Positions 49,158 to 62,320 of a stretch of 64,000 nt of DNA are shown one piece after another (the first letter of the stretch is position 1; each line of letters starts with the position of its first letter). Under the pieces are notes generated by a model. It saw only the letters and a list, made by a program, of their open reading frames with translations. It did not search any database and was not told where the DNA came from. This DNA is from Amphiscolops sp. MND2022 (lineage: Eukaryota), in NCBI GenBank assembly GCA_964187785.1, contig OZ076411.1, positions 62,062,001 to 62,126,000 of the forward strand, written 5' to 3'. The position numbers were made by a program, and so were the translations under genes.

Positions 49158-50105
49158 ACGGAATATTACTTACTTCTGCAAAAACGTTGGTAATATACCG
49201 AACTTTGATTGAGTAAACGAAAAGTTCCTAAGGATATTGTTCCATTTGCCGATCGTGCTCATTGTCGAATGATACTATCAACGTTTTTGCATGTATTCAG
49301 TTTTAATTCCTCCGCTCCGATTGTTCTGAAAAAGTATGTAATAGTTGAATCATTGGAAGCTCAATGTCAAACGGTGTGACCGTCAGAACTGAATCATATT
49401 CTGCTGTATTATCATTGGACAATAAGCATGAATCTCTGAAATTTTACAAAAAATTCAATTGCAATAAATAGGTTGAAAACATAAAAGTAAGTAGATTGAG
49501 ATCGGGTTTCTCTCTCCTCCAGAGAGGGTTCCAATCTTTATGTTTTTACTAGTTGCCGCAGTTGTAAAATGCACTGTTGTCACCGGCAACCGACATCTGC
49601 GGCAAATATTACCCCACACATTATCAGCCAATGGCTACCCAAGGCTGCACCAACAGTGGCGCAGAGAAGCGAACCTGGATACCAAGAGAGAACGAGCGGC
49701 GGAACGAGCGGCGGAACAACGGAACGACACACGAAGTAACCACTACGCCAGTGGTACTTGAAAACGGTCGCTCTGTTGAGGAAGTAATTTTTCCGAGTAA
49801 CTCAAGACTAAAAATTATCGTTATGAACAATCAGCAAACCTCAGAGCAACTATTTATTCATCAATCCCATACATTATGGAGTCGTAAGATAAACAAATTT
49901 TGAACTATATTGTTGGTTTACCTAACTATATTTAGCTTAAATGATAATCAGGTTTCAGAACCAAAAAACTGGAGGTGTTCATATTGGTAGGAAAAATTAT
50001 TTAGCCACGAAAAGGAGGGACTGCTCGCGGTCTTTTTCAACTGGAATGATGGACTTCTCGATTGGTTCCAGAGAGTCCAAAAAAGATAGATTCACTTCTA
50101 TGGGT

Positions 50106-52036
50106 TCAATAAACAGCCGCTGATAACAAAGTGAGAGCTGTTCGGCAATGATGCCTTCCAAAATTGACAAACGAAGACCAGAACAGAAAATGAAAAAAAA
50201 ATTCGAGAAACATCGGGTCGGCGTGTCGAACTGTCCCACCTCCTCGCATGGTCGTTTGCTGAAAGTCTCGATGGACATGATGTTTGGATTTTTCGGTGCC
50301 TTCGCACAGCTGGTTAAAGGGTGATTCAATATAGCCTCCTTCCAACAGCTGGGGAATCAGGCACAGGTTTAGTTTGTACGGCGTCAACATTAGTTTCACA
50401 TCGAACATTACAATCGACATGTCATAGATTTCTGACAAGCCATTATATTCAGAAATGTCCTGTTTTCCGAATTTCTTCCTCGTCGTCGCCTCTACGGTCA
50501 GTTGATTTAGGGACTCTCTCCAAAGTTCGGCTGCATCCAAAAGTTTCTTTCGACATGTGCTTTTGACATTTTTAAAACAAACGTGATGAAGAGTTTTCAA
50601 GACATTCATGCTTCCACTTTTTATACCCGACAAGACTCCAACAGTCTTGTTCTCGGTAAAAACTCCCTTAAACAGTTCATGCTGAATTTCAGCCTCATCA
50701 AATTCGTCCTTATAATCAATGCCAGTCATTGCTTCTCTGCACATAAATGAAATCGGAGCACAATTTTTTTGCGTTTGTCGATGTCAAGTTCGAAGCCAGG
50801 CTCTTTCCAACCCCTCTCAGTCAAATTGAGCTGAACGTTTTTCCCTAATGAAATCAACAGTGGATGGGTCATCTCCGGATTGGATAATTTTCAACTCCTT
50901 GAACTTTCTAATGTCTCCCTCAACACATCATGTTATCTCTGGCAAAACTGTCAAACTTTCAAGCAAGATGAATGGCGGCTCGAAATGGTAGGCGAACATC
51001 ACCGCGATTGCCATTTATTTTGAGCACGGTTTCTGGGTTAATTGAATTGTCATTCCCATGATAGATCTGCCGTTTTGATGGGCTTTTTTTACTCTCCATG
51101 TGATCAACCGTGGATCCGGTGAGAAAGCGGATTCCGAATGGCTTGTCTCCACTGTATGTCAAGAGGACTACTTCGTCAAGGAGTTGTTTCATCTTCTGGT
51201 GAAGCCAAGAGGAATCTTGCTGACCTAGTTTCAAGTACCCGACAATTTGTTTAGGCGACCAACGACTGTAGTGCCTTGTTGTAAAAACACTAGTAAAAAC
51301 GTGTTGTAAAAAATGCTAAGCTAACATAGCGCTAAATTACAGTTTTCAAGCTAAATTATGATTTTGGAATTCAGCAGGGAATGATGTCAAAATAGCAGAG
51401 CATACATTGGAAAACAGCAAAAGAGAAAAGTGAATCTGATGACTGATTGCTGACAAATGTTCTTTCGAGAAAACAGAAGGACCGTCGAGTTTGATCCTTC
51501 TTCCCTATTTCAACACCATCTCCCCAAATATCAACTTTCAGACCTTGCATGTCAGTTCTTACTTTGAATAGAATGAAAGTCATATGACTCGTACATAACA
51601 CGTGACATCACGTACATGATCAATTTTTATTCCAGAGAAAATATTTCTTGGTTTTCTTAAGGAAAATAACTTTGAAATCAACGGTTTCGACTTTTCTTTG
51701 ATCGCCGAATAACCTGAAACTTTTCTGACTGAAACCTTATCAGGTTGAAAAAATGCTTCACTGGAATTGAATATTGACCGGCGAAAGACTGTGAGTCTGG
51801 GAATAGCTGCTGCGTAGAAAGAGTAGGACAAGTACTTCGTGTCGATGGAAACACACTTTGTAAACCACGAATAGAATAATTAGTATTTGCATTATTCCAA
51901 AGGCAACAAAGCAAGTTTTTTGTTTGTTTAATACAGATTCTTCGACTATTACTTCAGTTCCTTTAAATACTTTATCGATGGCGGATTTCAGTTTTCGAGA
52001 TTTCTCACAAATTACCTGCCCAGCGAAAACATCCAA
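50106..52036 (-). pseudogene. RAG1/Transib-like DDE transposase, decayed, copy 1
   Basis: Candidate triad: D in VDIWGDG (51518-51520), D in YSGDKPF (~51146), E in LCEGTEK (~50303). Spacing of about 120 and 280 codons is close to RAG1 D600/D708/E962. AAIHL (cf. ALHC), ISFMCREA (cf. MNGNFARK), LTPY...IPQLLE..I..F.CEGTEK...RGGG (cf. ITNY..HVPEIIE..SI..WASEGNES). Multiple frameshifts and stops. Confidence 0.75.
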
Positions 52037-52599
52037 ACCTTTGGCATGTACATAACTCTTTTCTTCAATTGTTTTAGTTTAATCGTGCAAAAGCTTCTGG
52101 CGCAATTTTTTCATGCTCATTGTCATACGTCAAAAATTATGTAGGAATATAGTCGAGTACTTGTTGTTTCAGTGAGTTCTCGCTAACGTGAATTTTAAAA
52201 TGCGTCTGATTGTTCGAAAAGCAATTGACAAAGTATTATAAAAGTATCTCATTACGTTTTGATGTTTCGTGCAAAAGTTTCCGGGAGTTTTTTTGTCCTT
52301 TAAAATTCGTCTGACATTCAATTAAAATGGGTCTGACAATTAAAAAGCATCTGTATGTAACGATTTGGTTCGATCAAACTCACTTGATAACTATTAGTCC
52401 CGTTACCAATTTTAATTGCTCAAACCTGCCTGATAAACATTAGTGGCCATTGCAATACTGAAAAAACTCAATAAAGAAATGATTTTTCTTGATAAAAAAC
52501 ACTAATTTCAATAACTCGTTTTAGTGTTTTTGATATGAATTAGCAAGTTCAAGTTTTGAATCCTGCAACTAAAACTTGTGAAAATCCTCGCATCATTGA

Positions 52600-54044
52600 A
52601 ATTCAAGGATTGTTTGGAATCCAAAGAAAAGACCTCAACTGGCCAGATAAACTTGTGAAGCGATTCGGATCGTACAGAATTGAAGTGTCCCCCAAAACAC
52701 TCGAAAATTTATAGCTCTTTTGGAAATTGTGGAGCTTTACAATATGTCCGCGGCGGTCCCCGGAAATCCAAAAAGCCAGCAAAAACTGTTTTTGACAACC
52801 CTGATCCAAGAAAGCGCCAACTAGGGGACAAAATCTATTTCACTGGGACGTCCCAGAAATCCCCAGCGGACATCCCTAGTTTAGAAGAAATTAAAGAAGA
52901 TGCCGAGGAGGCGAAGCTGCTGAAGTGGGGTTATATTGTCATCAATGACCCATTCCAGCAAAATATATCTTATTCCTTCGGCGGGGATATGAAAGACGTC
53001 TTCGAGTTCATCAACTAGTTACATATTTCTCCGAAGAACTGGACTCATCCAGATTTAAGGCAGCCTTCAGAGTCTGATTCAGAGTCCGAATATGTCCAAC
53101 TATCAGGGCAAAAAAAAAGAGAATAGTTGAGACAGATGCCACCATACTTTTCCCAGACCAAATATTGACATTGCCGCATATATTGCGAGTCTTGCCAAGA
53201 CAAACGATCTTCTGCTCAATGTACCCTGGGAGGATGATTTCGCTTCAGCAGGTATATGAATTTGATAAACACTAATCTAACCTCTACTGAACTACAAAAA
53301 AAAACAAAAAACTGAAATGAAGGTATTTGCCACAAGCTTCTTGAAAAACCTACCTGCATTCAGGAACTTTGTCTCATAAATATGTCTCCAGGCCTCATAA
53401 ATATGTTTTTATCCTATTATTACAATTTTTAAAAATGGTATTTTATTGATTTAATTTTGCTAAATGAATTTAATTTTCTTTTTCTGTTATTAGGTGACGA
53501 AGTTATGATTACCATCAGGGGCACGGTCTTCACGTTGAAATTGGAGAAGATATGGATCGACATAGAGATGCAGAAGGCCATGGCGAAAATGGTTGATGAA
53601 GGAGACAACTGTTACGCCATCACTCACCCAGCTGTAAAAATAGTGTTGACAGAAGTAAACTATTTGAATCTGGAAGCTCTGGACTTCTCCACAGCTTGTT
53701 CACCTGTGAATTGAGATTTTCATTACGTGTAAGCGCTGAAATTTTGGTCCGCCAATCCAAACGCGCAATAGTGAACCAAGACATTTGCCTGGTTGACGAA
53801 ATTTCTTAGAAAATTTATTTGATGGGCTCTGGACACCAATTCAGACTTCATGATCCTGATTCAGGAAAGTTCTAGACAATTGCACAATGGGACAGTATCC
53901 TTGGCCGACAATGGGTTATGCTTCTATAAATATTACCTAAGACTTGCTGCCACAGTATCGAAAAGCCTAAAAACTTCAATTATCGATGACGTTCTGCTAG
54001 AAACTGTGCGAGTATGGTTTCCAAGACAATTTAAATGGCTATAA
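52600..54044 (+). pseudogene. Unassigned spliced gene remnant divergent from the RAG1-like gene
   Basis: Protein-like frames at 52600-53250, 53492-53714 and 53850-54044. Donor CAG|GTATAT (~53252) and acceptor TTATTAG|GTGACG (~53492). Stops and frameshifts; no family recognised. Confidence 0.4.
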
Positions 54045-54903
54045 CGAATAACGTCGTTCCGCAGCCAAGTATTGCAGAAGTTAAGTTAATTTCTAATTTA
54101 ACTAATCCTTTGTATCAATTGCTAAATTAATTGTGATGTATTTTTTTAAAGTCGTTAATTAAATCTGTCTCCTGTGAATCATTTGGTATTTGATTTGGGG
54201 AGAAAGAACCGTAGTAGTGCGACACAGTAATAATTAAAGTGAAGTGAAACCATTGGTGTTTGAAAATTGAGTCAAACATTATGTGGAGGGATTTTAATTT
54301 TGTGTGGAAAGACCAGCCAGAAAGATCATATGATGTTTTCTATGAAAATTTGCACTTTTGATATATACCTTGAAGCTAAATATATTCAATTATAACAATA
54401 ATTTTGTTTAATATTTGTACAAATACTACAGAAACAATTTCATTCCTTTTTGCAATCTTTGCTAATCAAAAGTTAATCATTAGACAACGAAATTAATAAT
54501 TAAAATTCAACTATTCGCCTTATCAGCACTCATAGAACGTCGGTGGGTATAATGTAGATTAATGAAAAAGAGGAAAGTATGATAATCATTATTCAAAATG
54601 ATTTCAGGATGAAAAGAACCTGTGAGTGGTTTTACTGAATTTCTGACATTCGGCAAATACTTGCCTCTAGTTGCATAGGCAACTCTCGGGCATTTGTTGA
54701 TATGTATTATGAGATGTATTTCTTTCAAGTTAATAGGCCACACTTAGTGAGATAATCCATCGGCATAAGTTGAACTCAAAGTTGACAAAGAAAGCAAAAT
54801 AGGAAAGTACTATTTTTGACTATGTGACTATGACCAATATTCCAAACAGAAAATTAAAAAAAAACAGATCACTTTGAAACAAAAGTCGAGTTTATCAATG
54901 GTT

Positions 54904-55375
54904 TTATTTATTGTTACCACCAAAAACGCGATTGGATCCAAGGTCCATGTAATCAAACATCAGCTGCTCTAGATGTACAATTTTTCGCTTTGCAAAAAGG
55001 AGCACGTAACGCGGACTAATTCTTAACTGTGTACATTTCATTTCGACCAACTTCATGTTGCGAGCTGGGTTGACCTTTCCACCATCGAAGGTACTTGAGT
55101 TGTTGCACAATCGTGCAAGGCACCTTCTGCCATCGTTGAGGATGGGGCAAATATCTGAGGTTTTACGAATAATTCTTCCTGGCCATGTTTTAAACTCGAT
55201 TTAGTATTGTGGCTTGCGGTTGCCTGGGTCCAGACTGCAGTAGTAGTCGACGTTGTTTTCTTCTACATGTCCGTGGTAGTCAAACATAACGTTATCCTTG
55301 TTAATTTGTTTGGTCGCGATTATTCCTTGACCCATAGTAGGATAAACAACATCGATAGACGAACCCCTGACCATA
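54904..55375 (-). pseudogene. SET-domain methyltransferase, copy 2
   Basis: As copy 1 but reading MGQGIIATK (intact GxG). Same stop at 55201-55203. Confidence 0.85.
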
Positions 55376-56149
55376 TTTGGTTTTCGCTTCTAACTTTCAG
55401 GTCATCTTGGAGGAAGTAGGGGGAAGTGCAAATACTCCATTCCAGATTTGGATTGAATGTCTCTTTGCGTGAAGTTTGTAGAGATCTTGATACACCAGAC
55501 AATCTAGAAGAAGCATCAAAGACTCTCTTTACATCAGCCAGTTAACCAAGTTAGCAAAATCGAATAGTCTCGTTCTTTCTTTCGCAGGATCTGTCAAGGC
55601 TGTAGACGGTCGCCCTAGTGTCTGCTCTTTGATGTCTAAGTGTTTGATTTTTTTGTTTTGACTACTTTCATAAACGTTCTGTCATCGTAACATCCGCAGG
55701 GCCTCAACTGTTTTTTGACTTCCATCATCAGGTAAGATTCAGACCAAACTTCTTCTTCTGCTGAACTTTTTGAAAGTGTCATAATTTTGACGGTTTTTTC
55801 CAATCTGTCCAATTAACGTCCAGCTGGGTTTCTTATCAAGTCAGAAAATTAGAACACGCATTTAAGTAAAGAAATAAGAAAATGCGAATGCAGGCTGGAA
55901 GGTTCCTTTGGTATTTTAGCTTGTGATTTTTGCTTATGGTTACTATCGACTAATACCTATCAAACTAAGTAATTCTTATCAAATTTTATTTGGTCAGTTA
56001 CCTGATCAATTCAATTGCTCACGTTCCGCATTGAATTGTGTTTTTTCCAATCTGTTGAGAAGAAATTCTCTGTTACGACGTAGTATGGTGTTTTCTCTTG
56101 ACTGGGTGACTGCATGAACATTTTGTTCTAGTCAATGCCTTCAGGTTTG

Positions 56150-56725
56150 ATAAAATGCGAATTGTCCAGCTTCAAAATATAATAACATTTTAGCCAATAT
56201 AGTGGGGAAATCTGAAACCGTCTTAGTTCCCAGCTTCATTATCGATTTGCAGGACTTACGAGTCACTTGAATTAGAAGTTCTATTCTGCTGAATTTGAGG
56301 GAACTTCTCTAAAACGGCATGAGTTGCGATGCTCAAACTTTTGCCATCTTCACAGTTATGAATGGAAAGTTCCTGCAAACAAGCAATGAGTTCCCCAAAC
56401 AAATTGGTTTTGTCAAGGCCGGAGGTTTTGCCAATTTGAATTGCTTCATTATGTCATACAGTTCTGACCAGAGACGCGCCTCAACAGTTGTGCATAATGT
56501 TAGGTGCACCGGGTAATTTCTTGCAAATTTTTCTCATAATTCTTGGGAACACATCGTTTACTTTTTGAGTCATGGTTATCTTCATTAAGTTTCCGCTTGT
56601 TCGCTAACCTTTATATTGGAGAAAGGTGAACGTATCCTTCGTTCAACTTGGATGAAACTTGGCCACCTTTTAGACGACACACCGGGTGATCCATACAGTT
56701 AGTTGCGCCGAACTAGATGGATCTA
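56150..56725 (-). pseudogene. Tyrosine-recombinase-like region, copy 2
   Basis: Duplicate of 43925-44500. Confidence 0.5.
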
Positions 56726-59700
56726 AGGGAGCACCAGGGGCTTTTCTAAGGGAGTACTCATGTAGTATGCGACGCTGCTTTCATTCGAAATAAACGGAAA
56801 GTTAAACGTTTCATTTGGTGCATCTAACTTTGTGACAGACGGGCTAGTCCCCATACAGTGAACGAGAGAGCTTTCTCACGTTGAGGAGTGGTAATCGTTT
56901 TGTAAAATGAGACTGTTTTCTAGCTAGTGTTTGGATTGAATGGTAAAAGCTCAATCCACTTCTTTACCGATCAAATTCGAACCAATTCAAGGATGCTTTG
57001 TCAATCAATTGTGGTATATTATAATTAGTGAAAAACGGTAATCCTCTCAATATATTGAACATATAGATGATTATATATTTCTGATAATGAATACAAAAAT
57101 TTTTGAAAAAAGTAGTTTGTGACAATGTTGAAAATTTTTCGGATATCCAACATAGAATTTGATAAAAATGAACTCTTTTAAGGACGTTTTTCAAATCAAC
57201 TCTGATATCAATTACTTGGTGACGTGCGAACCTTCAATCTTTGGTTCAAAATAGGGAATAAAAACCGAAGTATGGAGTACCCTTAGCTAATATGCATAAC
57301 AGCAGTTGACATGTTGCTCATCCGTTTCAGAGTTTGCAATGAAAGGCCCATACATTTCTAAGTTTGAAAATGTCCATACATTTCCGAGTTTGAAGAAATG
57401 TTGATATCTTGAAACTCTGTCTGGATATCTAAAATGGAATTTGAATTGTCGGATCTTTTTAAAACATATATCACCAATAATTATTAGAAGATGTGTTTCA
57501 GGGTGCCGGAAAAAAATCAGCGAAAAAGTTGCCTGCCAGAGGCACATGTACAAAGTCTTGGCACCAAGGAAAAGATTTCAGCAAGAGCTCCAGCAATAGT
57601 TCATCTGTATCACACAAAAGATTTACAGCCGGGAAAATTTATTTCTTGTTTTTGGGAATGTTGCCGGAAAGACAGAGGACCGTCCTCTAGCCACCATAGA
57701 ACTGCTCAATACCCCCTCGGAAGAACCTGCACCCTGGAAGTGTTTTTGTTACAAAGGGACGAATAGTACCCTGTAAATTTGTTGGAACCAAAAACAGAAA
57801 ACATTCAAAAACTGTGCAACAAAAATTCTGCTTGCCATAACCTGAAGCGTTAACACAAATTTTTTTACCTTAAAGGACAATCCGGTGTTCCTCAACCGAA
57901 GCGCAAAGGCAACGACCCTGGTCTGAAGAGAGACGGCGGGAAGGGAAAAGGTATTCGCATCGCATCCAAGACCTGGATAAGATCAAAAGGTAGCCAAAGA
58001 AGAAGATCGAACATCCACAACACCAAGCGAGAATGGCTTCGAGAGAGAGGAGAGACCAGAAAAGAACGTACCGGCTGTTTACATCGAATCAAGTTACGAC
58101 AGCAATGAAGAGGGGGAAAACGTTTAAAAAGACAGAGGTGTAGAAGGAGAAGTAGGAAGGCACGTTCCCCAAGATACGAAAAATCCTGTTGTTTGACTTA
58201 TATCGATTTTAGACAATACCAGGTCCTCCAGGGAGAGGAAGTTGAAGACGGACAAAGTGTAGAAGAAAAATTAGAAGAGCACGTTGTACGTGGTACAAAA
58301 AAATCCAGTTGTTTTACGAAAATGAAGGAGAAGCAGAATTATCTGTCCGAATGTATAAACCTGTCAGTGTACGTTTTCAGTTTTACAATTTTAGAAGTCG
58401 AATTTTAGAAGCGAATTGTTATGTCTTTTAAGTGCAATTTTTCACTTACAACATATGTCTATTTCAGCTGCAAAAACGTGTCTGGCAAGGATTTTGCAAA
58501 CGCTATTCATTTTAGAGCTATGATCGGCCCAATGGATGTCCTCGATCTCAACTCTAGTCTCATGAAGAATTTCATTTCTCCTAACCAAAAACCCTTAAAG
58601 AACTTTCATGTCTGATTTGTTTGATTTTGAGCTGGAGAAAAGCTGCTATGTTCTCCTCAGTCAAAGTAGTTCCATTACACCTTAGTTTGTTAACTACACG
58701 AAAACCAGCGTCTTTTACTATCTTCTCCACGTTAGAAAAGAGTTTTCATGACTCCCACAACAGTTCGAGAACAAGAAATTCTCGAGACTTGGAGCTTAGG
58801 CAAAAAAAGTTAATGTTTTCTTACCAAGTGACCCCCACGTCCAAGGTCAAGTGTTTAAAGTGACGACAACAGCCAGCGAGTCATTAATCATGCTAGCAGG
58901 GATGAAACATATGGTTCAGAACATGCGAAGACAGCGTGGCTGTAAAATTCACTTTTCCCACCATATGTGAACTGCGTAGGCATACTTATTGCACTAATAC
59001 TCATCAAAATTTTCATCATTTTTTCGGACTGTTGAAAAAATGTTCCACGAATGCTTGTGCATGACTTTAGACAGGACGTTGACTGTTTACCGGAGGGAAC
59101 TGGACAATGGTGAGTCTCTGGAGAAATGCGTTCCCCATTTCTTATCGTCAATGACAAAGGTGTTACTAGAGTGTACCATTGGAGAATGCAGGCTGCTGAA
59201 ATGGGAGTTTTTGGCCAAAGCACTATTTGTCCTCAGCTTCCTTTCCAAACCATTCCAAAACAGACAGTCGATCCAAAAACAATCCAAGGAAGTTTGTTCA
59301 AACTATCAACCGGTACATGTCTGCCAAGTTCTCGAACAGGAACATATCATTATAGTAATTATTTCAAATTGTTTCCAGGACACTCGGTAAAGACTTGAGA
59401 ATAGAACATTAGGTATTCGCATAAACTCACAGCGGATTCGGATGAGAGTATTATCACTGTTTTCATTCATCAATTTTTGGTCTCTCAGCTGGCTATTTCG
59501 TTCAAAACCATTTTCGAGATAAAATCTGGTTTTTTAATTCTTTTCTATATTTCCTACAACGATAAATTTTATTTAATTCGTGTATATTTTTATTGAAGTT
59601 CGAAAATGTTTTCAGCATTATTTCAGCTTTTTCTATGTTCCTCTAAATTCATATTGTTTTGCAATTTCAAAGGAGGTGAATTTAGATTCGATTATGATTC

Positions 59701-62320
59701 ACAATGTGAATATTTCAAACGGGAGATTTCCTACTGTTTTGTTTCAACAAATTTTGGTTTCTTTGCTGATTACTTCGTTGAAAACCATTATCGAGACAAA
59801 ATATTTCATGTCAAATGTTGTTTATATATGTTATGTTAATATACTTTATTTTATTCTTTTATATAATTTTTGAATCTCGAACAAGGCTTCCAACGAACTA
59901 TTTCAGCACTCGTTCTAATTTCTTATAACTTCACATTTTTTTCGCAGTCTTAAAAGGTGTGAATTTAGATTATGATTCACTTGTGAATTTTCCAAATGGA
60001 GATATTTCCACTGTTTTAATTGATTTTTTTTTGGTTTTTCAGCTGATCGAATCGTTGGAAACCATATTCGAGATGGAATGGTAATTCAAAAAATATTTAT
60101 AACTCTTATTTTATTATACTTTATTTCATTCTTATACATAATCATTAAATCTCGGAAATGATTTTTAACGAACTATTTCAGCACTTGTTGTGAGTACATC
60201 TAGTTTTACATTTTTTCCGCAGTTTGGAAGGGGGTGAATCTAAATTATAAATCAGAGTGTGAATAGTTCAAACGGGAATTTTTTCACTGTTTTACTTGAA
60301 CAATTTTTGGTTTTTCAGCTGATTAAATTGCTGAAAATCTTTTTCTAGATAAAGTACAATTTTTCACATATTCTTCAAATCTACTATAATAATATATTTT
60401 ATTGTATTGTTATATATCAATACGAAATTGCTAAATTTGTTTTCGACAATATATTTCAGTTCTTGTTCTGATTTCACATTTTTCGCAGTCCCCAAGGAGT
60501 GAAGTTTAGGTGAAGTTTACTGTAGGACTTTAGAATGTGGATTTTCATCTCTCAGTTTTTAAAAGATTTGTTTTTATTTCTGCCTACTCTAGTTTAATAT
60601 ATTTTGCGCTGCTACGTTTCGCTACATTATAATTTGTATTAAATTAGTATATTTCGATAGATTCATTTAAACAGTGACAACAAAAACAGTTTTAAAAAAG
60701 TTCAATGTTGGTTTAATCGAAGTTTTCACGTTCTTTTTTTATGATTATAAAAGTATTCCCAGTCTGATGAGTCTGGGGATGATTCGTCGCGTTCTTTTCG
60801 ATCGTCATTTATTTGTTCTTGTTCACGATTCTTCAGCAACTCTCATCGTTTGCGAAGTATCGAAGTTATCACTGAAGTTGTCTTTTGTAGTTCGGGATTC
60901 CTCTGCAGGAGGAAAATTTTGCGATGATCACGAACAGTAGTTGAAGGGAGGTCTGGCCCTGGTTTGAACGCAAAAGATTCCACTTCAAAGATTGTTGAAG
61001 TTTCGATTTTTTTCAGGATAAAGTCAACGGCAAAAAACATCCACCACTGGCTAAGTGCCAAAAAATATAACTGGCTCGAGATCGTTTGTTCATATTTCTT
61101 TTTTTGCACGTTCCTTTGGCCAAAACTTCTGTGGCAAGGTTTCACCAGACGTCGTTGCTCTAATAAAATTTGTGTCATTTCGGAGAACCATGTGTGGCAC
61201 CTTGAAGTGTCTGGAGAGGAAAGTATCGGATGCTGCTCGTTCTACAACTTTTACTTCCGCATTTTTGATTACTTTTTCGAGACACTCAGCGACGTCAAGA
61301 TTTTTCCATCTTGGTTTTCTGTTGAATTTATTGCTTTTCCTTGAATTGGCCAAGCAGAAAGAGGCTCGATCCTGAAGCAAACGGAATATTACTTACTTCT
61401 GCAAAAACGTTGGTAATATACCGAACTTTGATTGAGTAAACGAAAAGTTCCTAAGGATATTGTTCCATTTGCCGATCGTGCTCATTGTCGAATGATACTA
61501 TCAACGTTTTTGCATGTATTCAGTTTTAATTCCTCCGCTCCGATTGTTCTGAAAAAGTATGTAATAGTTGAATCATTGGAAGCTCAATGTCAAACGGTGT
61601 GACCGTCAGAACTGAATCATATTCTGCTGTATTATCATTGGACAATAAGCATGAATCTCTGAAATTTTACAAAAAATTCAATTGCAATAAATAGGTTGAA
61701 AACATAAAAGTAAGTAGATTGAGATCGGGTTTCTCTCTCCTCCAGAGAGGGTTCCAATCTTTATGTTTTTACTAGTTGCCGCAGTTGTAAAATGCACTGT
61801 TGTCACCGGCAACCGACATCTGCGGCAAATATTACCCCACACATTATCAGCCAATGGCTACCCAAGGCTGCACCAACAGTGGCGCAGAGAAGCGAACCTG
61901 GATACCAAGAGAGAACGAGCGGCGGAACGAGCGGCGGAACAACGGAACGACACACGAAGTAACCACTACGCCAGTGGTACTTGAAAACGGTCGCTCTGTT
62001 GAGGAAGTAATTTTTCCGAGTAACTCAAGACTAAAAATTATCGTTATGAACAATCAGCAAACCTCAGAGCAACTATTTATTCATCAATCCCATACATTAT
62101 GGAGTCGTAAGATAAACAAATTTTGAACTATATTGTTGGTTTACCTAACTATATTTAGCTTAAATGATAATCAGGTTTCAGAACCAAAAAACTGGAGGTG
62201 TTCATATTGGTAGGAAAAATTATTTAGCCACGAAAAGGAGGGACTGCTCGCGGTCTTTTTCAACTGGAATGATGGACTTCTCGATTGGTTCCAGAGAGTC
62301 CAAAAAAGATAGATTCACTT

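Larger units (their letters stand above)
42526..54750. repeat. 12,225-bp tandem duplication unit, copy 1
   Basis: GATAATCCATCGGCATAAG starts at both 42526 and 54751. All ORFs recur at an offset of 12223-12225. Only scattered SNPs and 1-2-bp indels are seen. Confidence 0.97.

Noticed and set aside
53883-53895. Transib-like TIR start CACAATGGG
   Set aside because: It lies inside a coding remnant, points away from the transposase, and has no matching inverted partner or TSD.
52600-54044. RAG2-like gene
   Set aside because: No kelch repeats or PHD Cys/His pattern are visible, and the orientation is divergent rather than convergent.
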